From assembly GCA_001179505.1 (NCBI GenBank), contig CDMY01000666.1, positions 241,488-305,487 on the forward strand: a stretch of 64,000 nt of DNA. The letters run 5' to 3'. The position numbers and the translations under genes were made by a program. This DNA is from Vitrella brassicaformis CCMP3155 (lineage: Eukaryota > Protista > Chromerida). Positions 40,644 to 53,301 of the stretch are shown here, in pieces; position 1 is the first letter of the stretch; each line of letters begins with the position of its first letter. A model generated the notes under the pieces. That model saw nothing but the letters and a program-made list of their open reading frames with translations, was not told the origin of the DNA and made no database searches.

Positions 40644-42007
40644 TCAGTTCTGCCGACCCCCCATCCACGGAAAAAGGTTTCTGGGGTGAAAAGCAGAGAA
40701 GGACGAGGTGACTTGCGAGGAGAGAGCAGAACAGCACGAGGCAGACGAGTCCGGGCGGCAGTCGAGCCGATTCGCCCCGTGGAAGGAGGCAGCAACACCA
40801 CTGCCGGCGATAAACAAACCCAAAACCCCCGCAACTGCCGCTGCCCCCTCGGCTGCTGCCTCGGCGGTGGAAACAAGAACCAATGTGGGCCACAAAAGGC
40901 ACAGCAATCCGAAGATGCAGAGGGACAGCCCAGCGCAGAGCCATCGAAAGAGGCGCCAATTCTTCACTTGCACCTCTGTGGCCCCCGATCTCCTGCCATC
41001 CTCCCCCGCCTGCACGATGGCTTCCCGCAGCTGCCCTTCCTGACGGCGGCGATCGTCTTGCAGCCTGAGAAAGTCTTCGAGGATCTTGTGGGCCTTGTGT
41101 GGGTCCAGCCAGCCTGCATGCACCTCCTCCACGTACTTTGCCTGCAAACGAAGAGGCCACACACAGACTAAGTCACACATACGCTCTCGCCTTCCCTTTG
41201 CCTTTACGTACGAAGTGCGCCTTATGGTGTGAATCCAGCCTGTTCTCGCTGAGAGCCCTGATCTGCTGGAACCGCTCCACCATCTTCTCGTGACTCCACT
41301 TGCGGAAATTGTTGTCCCGGGCGATTTCTTCAACCATAGCCAGCACATTCTCACGCACCCCCGGCGGCTGGTCCTCCACCTGACCAGAAACACGCCACGT
41401 GCCACTACACCGATGTTTGCGTCGCCGTCTTCGCTCATTTGCTCATTACCTCATGTTCATTGAAGTGTCGGCAAAGCGCCTCGATGGACGCCTCGTCGTC
41501 CTTCTCTGCCGCCAGCACCCGCCCCTCCACCTTGTCATACCAGCTCTTGTACTTCACGTTGTCCGACTGCTTGATCTTATCTCCGATCTCCTTCGACGTG
41601 TTGTTCTCAGTGTGCGTCACCACGATGCAGGCGTGCTTCTTGAGGGCATCCTCGGTGAAGGTGTTTTTGATGGCCATCAGCGACAAATGCTCCGAGCTAG
41701 TGAATCGGCCGTGGCGCAGCACAATGATGAAGGCCGTGACCCCTTCCATGGCATGGATCGAGGTCTGCTGCAGCTGCTCCATGACTTGCTCGTCTGACAA
41801 GCTGGTGTCCTTGAAGCCGACAGTGTCAACGACGCGGTAGCACTTGCCGCGGTAGGTGAAGTCTGCGTGCTGGCATCGCTGAGTGACCGAGCTGACGTCG
41901 TCCTTCGCCTCGAACTTCTCGTCACCGCAGATGATGTTGGCGAGGGTGGACTTGCCGTTGCCTGTCGCTCCGAGAAGGACGATGCTAATCGGCTGCTGAG
42001 GATCCAT
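40644..42007 (-). CDS. AIG1/GIMAP-family GTPase, copy 1, with C-terminal hydrophobic segments
   Basis: IVLLGATGNGKSTLAN (G1), SSVT (G2), VVDTVG (G3), IIVLRHGRFT and IVVTH, then helical exons and WLCAGLSLCIFGLLCLLWPTLVLV. Confidence 0.9.
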
Positions 42008-42990
42008 GATGACTGCAGCAGCGAGGGAGCAGAACACACAACGAACGACGCGCCGCTCTCAGGGGAAAGGGATGCGCGGATGTAGACACACAGACAGAGA
42101 GCAGCTGGCCTTGCGGTATCTGCTCACTGGGGAGAGTGGCAGGAGAGGAGGGAGATCGGTGCCGAAAGCTCGCAAGTCCTCTTCGTTTCCTGGCCAATCC
42201 CTTGTCCCGCAATGATTGGTACCGATTCCATTCATCGTCCCTAACAAAGTACCTCTGGGCACGACCGCAGCGAATGCAAACACCTTTGACTGTTTACGCA
42301 CACTGCAGTAAGTGCTTGTGGATTGCGGACCCATAGGCTGTGTGCTCATCATGACCGCGCTGCCGAGCGCTGCACGAGTCATATCCGTCGAGATTCGCTC
42401 ATTCCGGATGAGCCCTCGCTGAGACACCCATTCTGACCGCCCTGCCGCACTGACTCATCCATTTGCCCCTTTTGGCCCCTCCCTTTGTCTCCCTCTGTCG
42501 ATAACTCTACCCCCTCTTGTACAGCGACCGAGCACCGGCCAGCCGCCACAACCTCACCAGGTACTGTACACCTCTCCGCACGCCCTATCAGGTGGCACAC
42601 ACAAATCAGCGATATCTCACACTTCATTCCACTCATTTTTCCCTGTTCCGTGTGTGCAGATTTCACTGACCCGTGTTTTTCGCGACAGCTGCTGCTCCGG
42701 CACCACGACAGAAGTCACTCAATGCGCTACACGGTGACCTGCATACTTTTCACTGTCGTCTCTTCACCCACCTCCTCACTCAGGTTGATTGTTGGTCATT
42801 TCTCACCGATTTGTGGATGCCGCCGGCCTCTTTGTACAGCATGATTGAGACCGGTCTCAATATACACGTACATATATGCACAGACTCATATACACGTACA
42901 CATATGAGCACTCACTCACTGTGTTCTGCGTGCTGTGCGGGATGTTGGTGTAGGTGTGCCTGACGTTGGGGTTGCCACCGCTCAAATTAC

Positions 42991-43705
42991 TTATCCAACA
43001 TGAACCGCCCAGCCAGCCCTCGAGCCGCAGCACCGCCGAAGTACACCTGCATGGGGACCCTGGACTTCCTCAAGCCCGGACAGGTGCTCGACAGCGGATG
43101 GACGGCCACTCTCCAGCGAGCGAGAGAAGGACGACCAGCCACATCTGTACCACGACATGGCGTCCGTCTTCGCCGTCTTCAGCAACGGCGAGGAGAAGAT
43201 CTGGTCATTCCACGGCCGGCCATGCCCACGCGAACGCGGCCGGCCATGGTGAGACGCGTCGCCCCGCTCGCCAGAGCCCAAGACGGCGTGATCCTGACCA
43301 CTGGCCGAGGGCCAGCCGGCTCAGCTCGAGACAAGGTGTCCAAGATCCAGCGTTCCGAGGAGATCAACGGAGAGGGCGGGCAGGGGGGGGGGGGGGGGGT
43401 CTGCNNNNNNNNNNNNNNNNNNNNNNNNNNNNNNNNNNNNNNNNNNNNNNNNNNNNNNNNNNNNNNNNNNNNNNNNNNNNNNNNNNNNNNNNNNNNNNNN
43501 NNNNNNNNNNNNNNNNNNNNNNNNNNNNNNNNNNNNNNNNNNNNNNNNNNNNNNNNNNNNNNNNNNNNNNNNNNNNNNNNNNNNNNNNNNNNNNNNNNNN
43601 NNNNNNNNNNNNNNNNNNNNNNNNNNNNNNNNNNNNNNNNNNNNNNNNNNNNNNNNNNNNNNNNNNNNNNNNNNNNNNNNNNNNNNNNNNNNNNNNNNNN
43701 NNNNA

Positions 43706-43736
<31 letters not shown>

Positions 43737-43790
43737 CTGCTCGGCCGGCTACTGAATAGCATGCGATGCCTTGATGGCCGGACGACTTGA
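42991..43790 (+). other. Orphan coding-like stretch between the AIG1 copies, interrupted by a gap
   Basis: GC-rich ORF MNRPASPRAAAPPKYTCMGTLDFLKPG... with no recognised family; possibly a relic. Confidence 0.25.
43405..43704. other. Assembly gap (300 N), probably overlapping contig ends
   Basis: The flanks share an a(g)n-tctgc sequence: it ends the left flank and starts the right flank. Confidence 0.9.
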
Positions 43791-44895
43791 TTGAAGAACG
43801 GCAGCGATCAGACGGTCACTCACACCACCCTGACGCACGCACACACACACACACACCATCACCAGACCATCGCCCTTATGTCTGTGTGCAGATGCTTTTG
43901 CTTGTCAGCCATGAGAAGTCCTTCGTGATCAAAGCTGGCATGCACGAACCGCGAGACATGATAGAGGAGCACGGGTGGCGCCGAGACAATCCGTCAGGGT
44001 CGATGGATGGACGGCCGTTGTGCGCACCCTGCTCTCCCAGTTGTGCGCTTCCCTGTCCTTTTTTCTTTCTTTGCTTGCTTTGCTTTTTCCTTTTGCTCCT
44101 TCGTTCAAGACACATTATATATATGCGGACACAAGTACACACTCCAAGTCCACACGTGCACACATTGATGTGGTCCTTTGTTCGCTCGCACGGACGCACA
44201 TGCACGCAAAAACAACACACTCACGAGCGACACACACGAACAAGCAATTCGCTCACTCACACTAGCCGACACCCACACTTCAACCTGACGGCCACCAACA
44301 CAAACAAGCAGGAGAAGCTTGGACCCTGTGCACTGAAGCCGACATGCAATTGAGCATGCACACTGACCGACACACAAAACACCACCAGACAGCAGAAAGA
44401 CACCATTAGGATGAGAGAACAGATTGCCCTCTCCCTTTCACAAATAAACAGCCATCCATCACGCACATCGCAACGACTGCACATGGTGGTCTCGGCATCG
44501 TCACCACTGTTTGTCCGCCGCCGTACACGCACACATCGGATCGATAAAAACCCGATCCGCTGCCGTATGCGTTGCCATTGCCATCATCATGCCAATCACG
44601 CCGATGCCGCACAGCACAATCGGTCAATCAGCCAGCCAGCAAGCCGTCCCACGACACACTTGAAAAACGGGACAAGCCGCGCCATGCAATAAAGCGCAAA
44701 AAAACACACAACAGACACGACTTTGTGTCCTTGGGTGGGTGGGAGGGCTCACGGATACAGACATCAGCCAACCATACACAAGTACACACACGAGACAGAC
44801 AGACAGACCGCATAAACCGCAAAACCGTACAATCGGCACGACACAACAGCCATACACAAGTACATAGAGGCACATCATTGTATGGCGCACGACGG

Positions 44896-46039
44896 TCAAT
44901 TCCCCCCTGAGGTCTCGTCGTGCCGGCTCCCAGATCCCCTCACAGCCCCAGGGGCTCGCGGGAGCGTCTCAAGAGTAAGTTGATGCCGCGGTGACATTCG
45001 GACGGACCATTCTCTTTCCCAGCCGCTTTGGCTGCGCTCATTCCCCCTCTGCGGCGTCCCAGGCTGGTTTTCCTGGCAGCGGCGCTTGGCCTGGTCGTTG
45101 AGAAAGTCTTCGAGGATCCCATCGGCGACCTGGAGGTCCAGCCGGCCTGCATGCACCCGGGGCATGTGCGCTTCTTCCTAACGAACAGAGCACACACAAA
45201 GTCATACGGCTGTGAGCAGGTCCCTTCTCCTTCCTTCGTCCCTACGTACCCAGAGTGACTTAAAGTGACCGTCCAGCTGCAGTGCCTTCGTCACGAGAGC
45301 CTTGATATGCCCATGCCGCTCCTTCATGACGTTGTGACTCCACTTTTGTCCGCTGTTGTCGCGATCGATTTTGTCGACCATGGCCAGTATCGCGGTACGA
45401 ACCACACGCTCGACCTTGACGAGACCGAACACATCTCACACCCCGCTATGTGTCGGCCTCGTCTACCTTATCGTCCATGAGTACCTGGTTTTCGGGTCCG
45501 GGCACTGCAGTGGTCGCCTGGTTCTTCTTCTCTGCCGCCAGCACCCGCCCATCCACCTTGTCACACCAGCTCTTGTACTTCACGTTGTCCGACTTCTTGA
45601 TCATCTCGACCAGCCCATCCGACGTGTTCTTCCCGGTGTGCGTCACGACGATGCAGGCGTGCTTCTTGAGGCCCTCGGCCTCCTTGGTGAAGATGTTGTT
45701 CGTTGCCTCGAGCGACGCATGATCCAAGCTAGTGAGTCGGCCGTGGCGCAGCACAATGATGAAGGCCGTGACCCCTTCCATGGCATGGATCGAGATCTGC
45801 TGCAGCTGCTCCATGACTTGCTCGTCTGACAAGCTGGTGTCCTTGAAGCCGACAGTGTCAACGACGCGGTAGCACTTGCCGCGGTAGGTGAAGTCTGCGT
45901 GCTGGCATCGCTGAGTGACCGAGCTGACGTCGTCCTTCGCCTCGAACTTCTCGTCACCGCAGATGATGTTGGCGAGGGTGGACTTGCCGTTGCCTGTCGC
46001 TCCGAGAAGGACGATGCTAATCGGCTGCTGAGGATCCAT
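44896..46039 (-). CDS. AIG1/GIMAP-family GTPase, copy 2, lacking the hydrophobic C-terminus
   Basis: The first ~100 codons are almost identical to copy 1 (offset 4032 nt). The downstream exons are homologous but diverged (ILAMVDKIDRDN...KWSH, VHAGRLD...ILEDFL) and there is no TM tail. Confidence 0.85.
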
Positions 46040-46742
46040 GATGACTGCAGCAGCGAGGGAGCAGAACACACAACGAACGACGCGCCGCTCTCAGGGGAAA
46101 GGGATGCGCGGATGTAGACACACAGACAGAGAGCAGCTGGCCTTGCGGTATCTGCTCACTGGGGAGAGTGGCGGGAGAGGAGGGAGATCGGTGCCGAATG
46201 CTCGCAAGTCCTCTTCGTTTCCTGGCCCATCCCTTGTCCCGCAATGATTGGTACCGATTCCATTCATCGTCCCTAACAAAGTACCTCTGGGCACGAGCAC
46301 AAACGAGTCTCGCCATGCAAACAGCTGTCCGTGACTTGCTTAAAGTCCACCCACCCATACAATTCATGCACCGATCTGACTGACTGACTCCCTCACCACA
46401 CAGAGGCACGCACGAACGCGCCAACGTGGGCATCCCATCCACCCATGCACGCACGACTGACTGCACACAGCCATCAATCACATGCCGTCCGTCGATCGAC
46501 TGAGCCCCTTCGCGGCTCCGATGTAGACGTGTATCATTCAACCACGAACGTGTATGTGTGTGTATCATTCAACCACGAACGTGTATGTGTGTGTACGTGC
46601 CATGCAGGCAGCTTTACGTGATATGATCCACCCACCCAAAACCCCAACGCCCCAATCTTCTCTCCCCGGCACCATACCCACAGCCACAGACACACGTATG
46701 GACACATGCTACACGGCGCGAGTCTGTCTGTGTGTCAGTGAC

Positions 46743-48921
46743 TCATGACGCGAAGGGGTCGCTGCCAGCAGTGAAGTCTGAGGGAGGTGGGGGCGGCTGG
46801 TGCTGGTTGTGGGTGTGATACGATGACGACCCTCGCACATGGATGCCCAAACCGGCCTGCATGATGCAGACACACACATACATACAGGGAGAGAGAGAGT
46901 GACGCACACGTGGGGGGAGAACTCACCAGTTTTTCGACGATGATGCGTTCATTTTTCTGTGGCCTCTGTCTGCTCCACTCCGTCTCGATGATCATGCCGA
47001 CGTTCCACCCACGACGCTCAAGCGACCTCACCCACTCCAAAGCCAACGCTGCAGAATGCACACACACACACACACAGAGACGTTGGTTGTCTGCTGTCTG
47101 TCTGCCCACGCTCACAGGCGCACGCACTCACCGCTCGGTCGAGAGTGGATGCCGTCACGGCCTCTCAGTAGCCTGCAAACACATAAACCCACACAAGGAG
47201 ACACAGATGAGAGAGATACACCGGCATCCATCCATCCATCCCGGTGTGTGCGTGCTGACCGCTTCTTCTCGACAAACACGAGAGCGGCCTTGGCGCCACT
47301 GGCATCGGCGCTGCTGCTGCTGGCGTCAGGGCTGGGGCTGGCTGCTGCTGTCTCATCAGCAGCATCTGGTGCTGGTGCTGGTGTTGGTGGTGGCGGTGGT
47401 TGTGTGACGACGGCCAAATCGACGACGTGCGGGAGGTCGGGGGACCGGTAGAACACCTCATGCGACACACCCAGCCTGTGGGCACCGAACCACCACACAA
47501 ACACACGCACAGAGAGAGAGAGAGGTGGAGAAAGAGATAGAGAGAGAGAGAGTGTGTGTGTGCTGCTGCTGCTCCTGTCCCTGACCTGTCGAGTATCTCG
47601 CTGGTGTCGTGGGCCCAATTGCGTCTGAAGGCGTAGTCCTCGCCAAAGCCCTTATTGAGGTTCTGCGGCCCCTCGGGCCAGGTGATGACGGCGTCACACA
47701 TGGCGGTGAGGTCGTCGAGGTGGGGGGTGGTGGTGGGGAGGGAGGGGAGGGACTCGTGCTGGAAGGCGTCAACCGTCTGACACACACACATGGATAGAAT
47801 GATGGATGGAAGTGTGTGTGTGTGTGTGGTGACCTGGAAGAGTTTCCTGTAGACGTTGCTGTCCTGTCGGAAGTCGTAGCACTTCAACACCTGCCAGCCA
47901 CAAATGCCACAGATAAACAGATGGATGAGGGGTGCAAAGATTTGCACGCCCACAAAAAGTTAGGGGCTTGCAGGATGCCATTCGCTGACCACTCTGAGAA
48001 TGTGATGGAAGTCGGGCAGCAGGTGGTGCTGCGTCACCGTGAAACACCTGCACACACCAATCACACACATCTCTCTCTCTCTGTGTGTGTGTGTGTGTGT
48101 GTCTGTGTGGCTGACGGACCACAGCAGGTGCGAGAACGCCCTCTTGAGCTCTGTGGCCAGGTACTGGTTTGCGATGCCCTCGCCGCTCATGGCGCTCTCA
48201 AGCTGACCATTCTGCGCCCCCTCCAACACACGGTCGTACAGCTGACAAACACCACACACATACAAAGATACACACACGGATGCGTGTGAGGTGGTGGTGT
48301 GGTGGTGGGATGGGGGCTGCATACGTAGTCCATGAGAGGCGCGTAGGTGACGTTGGCGTGCACCAGAGTCGACACGATCTGCAAGGTCGACTTCCATCGT
48401 GCAGCGTGGTTGAGTGGGAAGTCGTTCTTGCTGGCCCGGTCCTTGAGGATGTCCAAGGTGCGCCGACCAATGCCCTCAAACGCACCTAACCACACATAAC
48501 ACACAACACACACACGCCGACACCATACACACACACACACACGCACACGCACACGCTCACACACGGGCGCTTACCCTGGTCGACGAATCGTATCTTGAAG
48601 AGGCCCGCGGTGAGAGTGACGACCTGCATGAGGTCGAGGGCGTTGACGGCCTGCTCGTTGGTCAGATACGTCGCCAACAGATTCATGACGTTGGTGTCCC
48701 AGTACTCCAGATTGCCAAACGTCCTGCACACACAGAGAGAGAGGGATTGACGTCTCTCACAGTTGTGTGAGCGGGTGGCCATGGGGGAGAGAGAGGGAGA
48801 GAGGGGGCGCGTGTCAGTATGTTTACCGTCCGATGGAGATCCACAGGCGTGTGCTCTGCTCCGACCGAGACGTCATCGACGCCAACAGCTCGTCGCCATG
48901 CGCCTGCACACACCCACAATT

Positions 48922-48954
<33 letters not shown>

Positions 48955-51905
48955 CTGTGTGTGGCTACATTGATGATAGTGGCGAGTGTGCCAAGGAGGG
49001 ATGTGTTCCTGTGGTTGATGAGCGAGAGGCACTCGAGCACCACCCCCACCTCAGTCAAGCTCAGACCGCTCAGGTCCTGCACACGTCCAGCACACAGACA
49101 CAGACAGAGGGAGAGAGATGTGTCGTTGGGGCAATGGGGCTGTTGCGTGCCTTGTAGACAATCGAGCCGATGACGGACTCTATCAGCCTGATGACACACG
49201 AACACACAGAGCTGTCTCCCCCACCACACACCCACACACTTACGCCCTGATCTCTGCCGTCATCTGCACCTCACCGAAACCCTCCTACACACACATGCAC
49301 ACACACACACGCATGATGTCTGTCTGTATCTCTATCTCCGTCTGATGCACTGCACTCAAGTACCAATGCCTTCTGGCCCGGCTGCCTGTCGCCCGGCGGC
49401 TTGCAGAAGATGCGCAGGATGGTAAGGTGCTCCTTCAGATCTAAGGAAGGCACGTGCTCCAGCAGCACTTGACAGAGATGCGCACGCACGCCTAAACCCC
49501 ACACACATCCATCCATCCATCAATGACGTCACACGTACCGGGAGCCATCTGCGCGACGTCCCTGACGGTGGACACGTTCCTGCTATAGAGAGTGGGGTCG
49601 TGCAGGACGCTCAGCAGCCGCACCAGATCGGGCGGCGAGAAATCGGACAGTATCACGGGATGGCGCGTGATGTACTGCACACACAAGATGCCCATGGGTG
49701 TTTCTCTGTGTGTGTGTGTGTGTGGTGTGGGACGGGGGGAGAGAGAGGGGCGCGTACCGTGAGAACGCTCTTGAGGACATCCATGTTGCGCGTGTACCTC
49801 ATAGGGTACGCCCGCAGCACTTGTAGGAAAAAGTCACTCGACATGTCGATGATGGCCGCACCATCGGCAGCACCCTCCCCCCCCTGCTGTTGCTGCTGCT
49901 GCTGTTGGTGAGCCTCCATGTCGACATCGCCGCTGATCTGCGTGGCTGCGTCGATGATGGCGAGGACGTGTGGCTTGAGATTGGCCAGCTGCATGGCGCC
50001 CCGCTGGCCCTGCCTGTTGAGCTCCACTAACAGATCACTGCACACACATCACACACACACAGGGACTCTCTCTCTCTCCGTGTGTGTGTGTGTGTGTGAA
50101 GGTGAGTTCAGGTGAAGTACCCGAAGGTGTTGAGGTGTTCCGAGTTGACCAGCTGCTGCTGGATCAGGCTCCCTCTCCCCAGCTCGTCGACCAGCTCCGG
50201 GCACGAGATCGACGCGCGGCCGAGGTAGTTGAGCACCATCACACAACGCTGAGAAACAAACCCATCCATCCGTCCATCCATCCATCCATCGCCCCCGCCA
50301 CCACCTCCACCTACCTTAATCTCTTCCATGACGTCCATCTGTGGCTGCTGCTGCTGATGGTCCGGGCTGCCCTCTTGCTGCTGCTGCTGCTGCAGCTGCA
50401 GGTGGGCCAGTCGCATCTTCTCGCGGAACTTGAGGGCGAATATGGAGGAGCATCGCTTGAGCGGTGTGCGTAGGGTGAGGCTGCAGAGGGCCCACATGCA
50501 GTAGGCGATCGTGTCGGTGTCCACCGACGAACACGCCGACACTGTCGAGTCGAGAAACGACTGTACACACACACACACACACACAAGGACACAGAAGAAA
50601 TGTGTGCGTGTGCCGCCGATGAGTGTGTGGTCGGTTCGGCGGGGGGGAAGGGGCGTCTGTGTGTGCCGTGCCGGCCTCTTACCACGATGGTGGGGTGCTG
50701 TTTGTCGAAGACGTTCATCTCCACCAGCAGCCCCAGCACCTGAAACCGCTCGTTCCAGTCCAGCGGGCTCGCCGCGCCACGCACATCTATCGTGTCGACG
50801 ATCTTGCGGAAACACCGCCTGCGATACACATACAATGCCCCCATGTGTGTGTGGATGAATGTGTGTGTGTGTGTGTGGGTGGGAGATTGAGGTCTTACGG
50901 GTCACTCGAGGTGAGCGTGTTGAGGTCGATGGCCTCCTTTGGCTCGGGGGGAGGGGGTGGAGGTGGGGGCGGCTGATGCGGCTGCTGTTGGTCGTAGTAC
51001 TGAGGTTCCGCTGACATGCCTGCAGACACCAACAGACAGACAGACAGACAGACAGACCGGTGCAATGGATCTGTTTACGCAGACACACGCACCTTGCTGG
51101 CCATAGTACGCTGCCGCCTGTGAGGGGTCCTGCGGCTGCTGATACCCACCACCCCACTGCTGCTGCTGGTCGTATGACGCACTGGCCTGGCCGTTTGGGT
51201 CAGTGGCAACGCCGTAGTACGCCTGATGCTGCTGGTGCTGTGAGGGGTCGTACCCCCCCTGTGGCTGTTGTGAGGGGTCATAGGCTCCGTTCTGGTAGTA
51301 CTGCTGCTGGGCGGCATCCTCTTGATGGGCGTACACACCCTCCTGCTCATAGTACTGCTGATGAGGAGGGGGGTACTGCTGCTGCTGCTGCTGATATTGG
51401 TGATACTGGGGGTCCTGATACTGGTAGGGGTAGCCGTAGTAGGCGCCCGCGTCCTGCTGCTGCTGCTGCTGGTAGAAGCCGCCACCGGTCGCGTCGGAGT
51501 AGGGATCCACAGACACCTGACTCAACACACACATACGCAATCACCCACACAACAACGTGTTGACGACACACCAAACCTTCTCATCTGAATCTGTCTGTCG
51601 CACCACTCAAGACCACTCAAGACACTGACCTGCCCACCAACATCCTCAACATGCTGCGCATTCACTCCACCTCCACCAGCACCACCACCAGCGGCACTCG
51701 CCTGTGTCTGCGCCACAGTGCTCTGCCACCGCGCGTAGCCATTGCACGTGGGGCAGTTGCTGCCAGGTCCAGCTCCTCCAGCATTGCCAAACAGCGGCTG
51801 CGACAAAACAGTCTGCGGCGCGCCCGGCTGAGCCACCACACGCCACGCGACGGAGGGGTGGGGAGGGCGCAACGTGCGCAGCGGATGAAGCACGTGCAGC
51901 TTCAT
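46743..51905 (-). CDS. Helical-repeat protein with a C-terminal RAP domain (FASTK/RAP-like) and a Gln/Tyr-rich N-terminal region
   Basis: About 20 spliced exons. The C-terminus LGVSHEVFYRSPDLPHVVDLAVV...KAALVFVE...RSLERRGWNVGMIIETEW resembles RAP. The basic N-terminus MKLHVLHPLRTLR is presequence-like. Confidence 0.72.
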
Positions 51906-52014
51906 CTCTCTCCCAAAGACGCAAAACCGCGATAAAAGATCCTTGCCTTTCAAGCTCGCATGAGCAGCGATCCGAATCGGTCTGCCGCGGTCTGTCTGTT
52001 TGTGCGCGGGGGAG

Positions 52015-52610
52015 ATGTATAAGGACACGCACACAGCAGAGGAGATGCAGGCACAGCAGACGGCACCATCGTCCGGCCGCCGCGGCTCGTCCTCGTCGTG
52101 TGAGTCGTCCATTCGTGAGGCCATCCAGCGGGTCCAGGGAGATCTGACGCAGTTCGACCACCAGCTGAGCGTCAAGGAGAGAGCCGTGGCCGCGCGCACG
52201 AGAGGAGGGGGTGCTGGTGCTGGTGCTGGGGGTGGTGCTGGGCTGGCGGCCATCGACACGCAGGGCCTGCATGAGACGCTCAGAGGCATCCATAGCGTTG
52301 TACAGGTGGGCATTGATGAGCACAGCACACCCAGGCGCCAAGAGCTTTGTCTGTATACCCCCTCTCTCTCTCTCTCTCTGTGCGTGTTGTGTGTGTGTGT
52401 GGCGATGGGTGCAGCACACTGAGGACACATTCCGCACGTGGACGGTTGAGCTGGCGGGGGAGGTGTCGGCCGACAAGCAGCGGCTCAAGTTCGCCTTCGA
52501 GAAACTCTCCAAACACTTCCAGGCAGAGATCGGACGACTCCGCCAACTCGCAAAGCGACTCGTAGAACTCGTGAGCCGAACCTCTCTCCCACCCACCGGG
52601 ACACCCACCC

Positions 52611-52646
<36 letters not shown>

Positions 52647-53301
52647 GGAGGAGGTGATTCGCCTTCGCGCATCAGCCCATCGCAAGAGGGCGGCAGCAGC
52701 GAGCAAGAAGGACACCACCACCACCACCACCAGTGCAGCAGATGAGGAGCAGGAGACCCTCCTCAAGCCCTCATCCACAGACACGGGCACGTCAGGCCGC
52801 GCCAGCCAGCCGCGGCAGATGGAGACCCGCCGGCAGCACCCATCGCCCACCGCCCCCTCCCCCCACTTCGATGAGGAGATGGGCCCGCCCGAGGGAGACG
52901 ACTTTGATCAAGACGACGGTGACGACCAGGATGACCTCGTTCTTGCCCACGACTCGTCCGTGAAGCGGTCGATCGCCGAGGAGCGGCTCAGGGGCATCCA
53001 GCGCATCCAATCGCAGGTGGGCGAGGTCAACGAGATCTTCCGCGACCTGGCCGTCATGGTCGAGGAGCAGGGCCAGTTCGTGACCACCATCGAGAGCTCC
53101 ATGGAGAGCACTCTGGACCACACCGGCCGGGGAGTGGAGGAGCTGAAGCGGGCGAGCGATTTGCAGCGGTCGAGCAGAGAGAGGGGGTGCTTTCTGCTGA
53201 TGGTGGTGGTGCTGTGTCTGTTTGTGCTGTCGGTCGTGTGGCGGGCCGATGGCGGGAGTACCACCAACACAGTGGGAGGCGGCAGCGGGCACAATTTTTG
53301 A
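52015..53301 (+). CDS. Syntaxin (Qa-SNARE), STX7/Pep12-like
   Basis: SNARE motif IAEERLRGIQRIQSQVGEVNEIFRDLAVMVEEQGQFVTTIESSME and a C-terminal TM segment CFLLMVVVLCLFVLSVVW. Confidence 0.93.
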
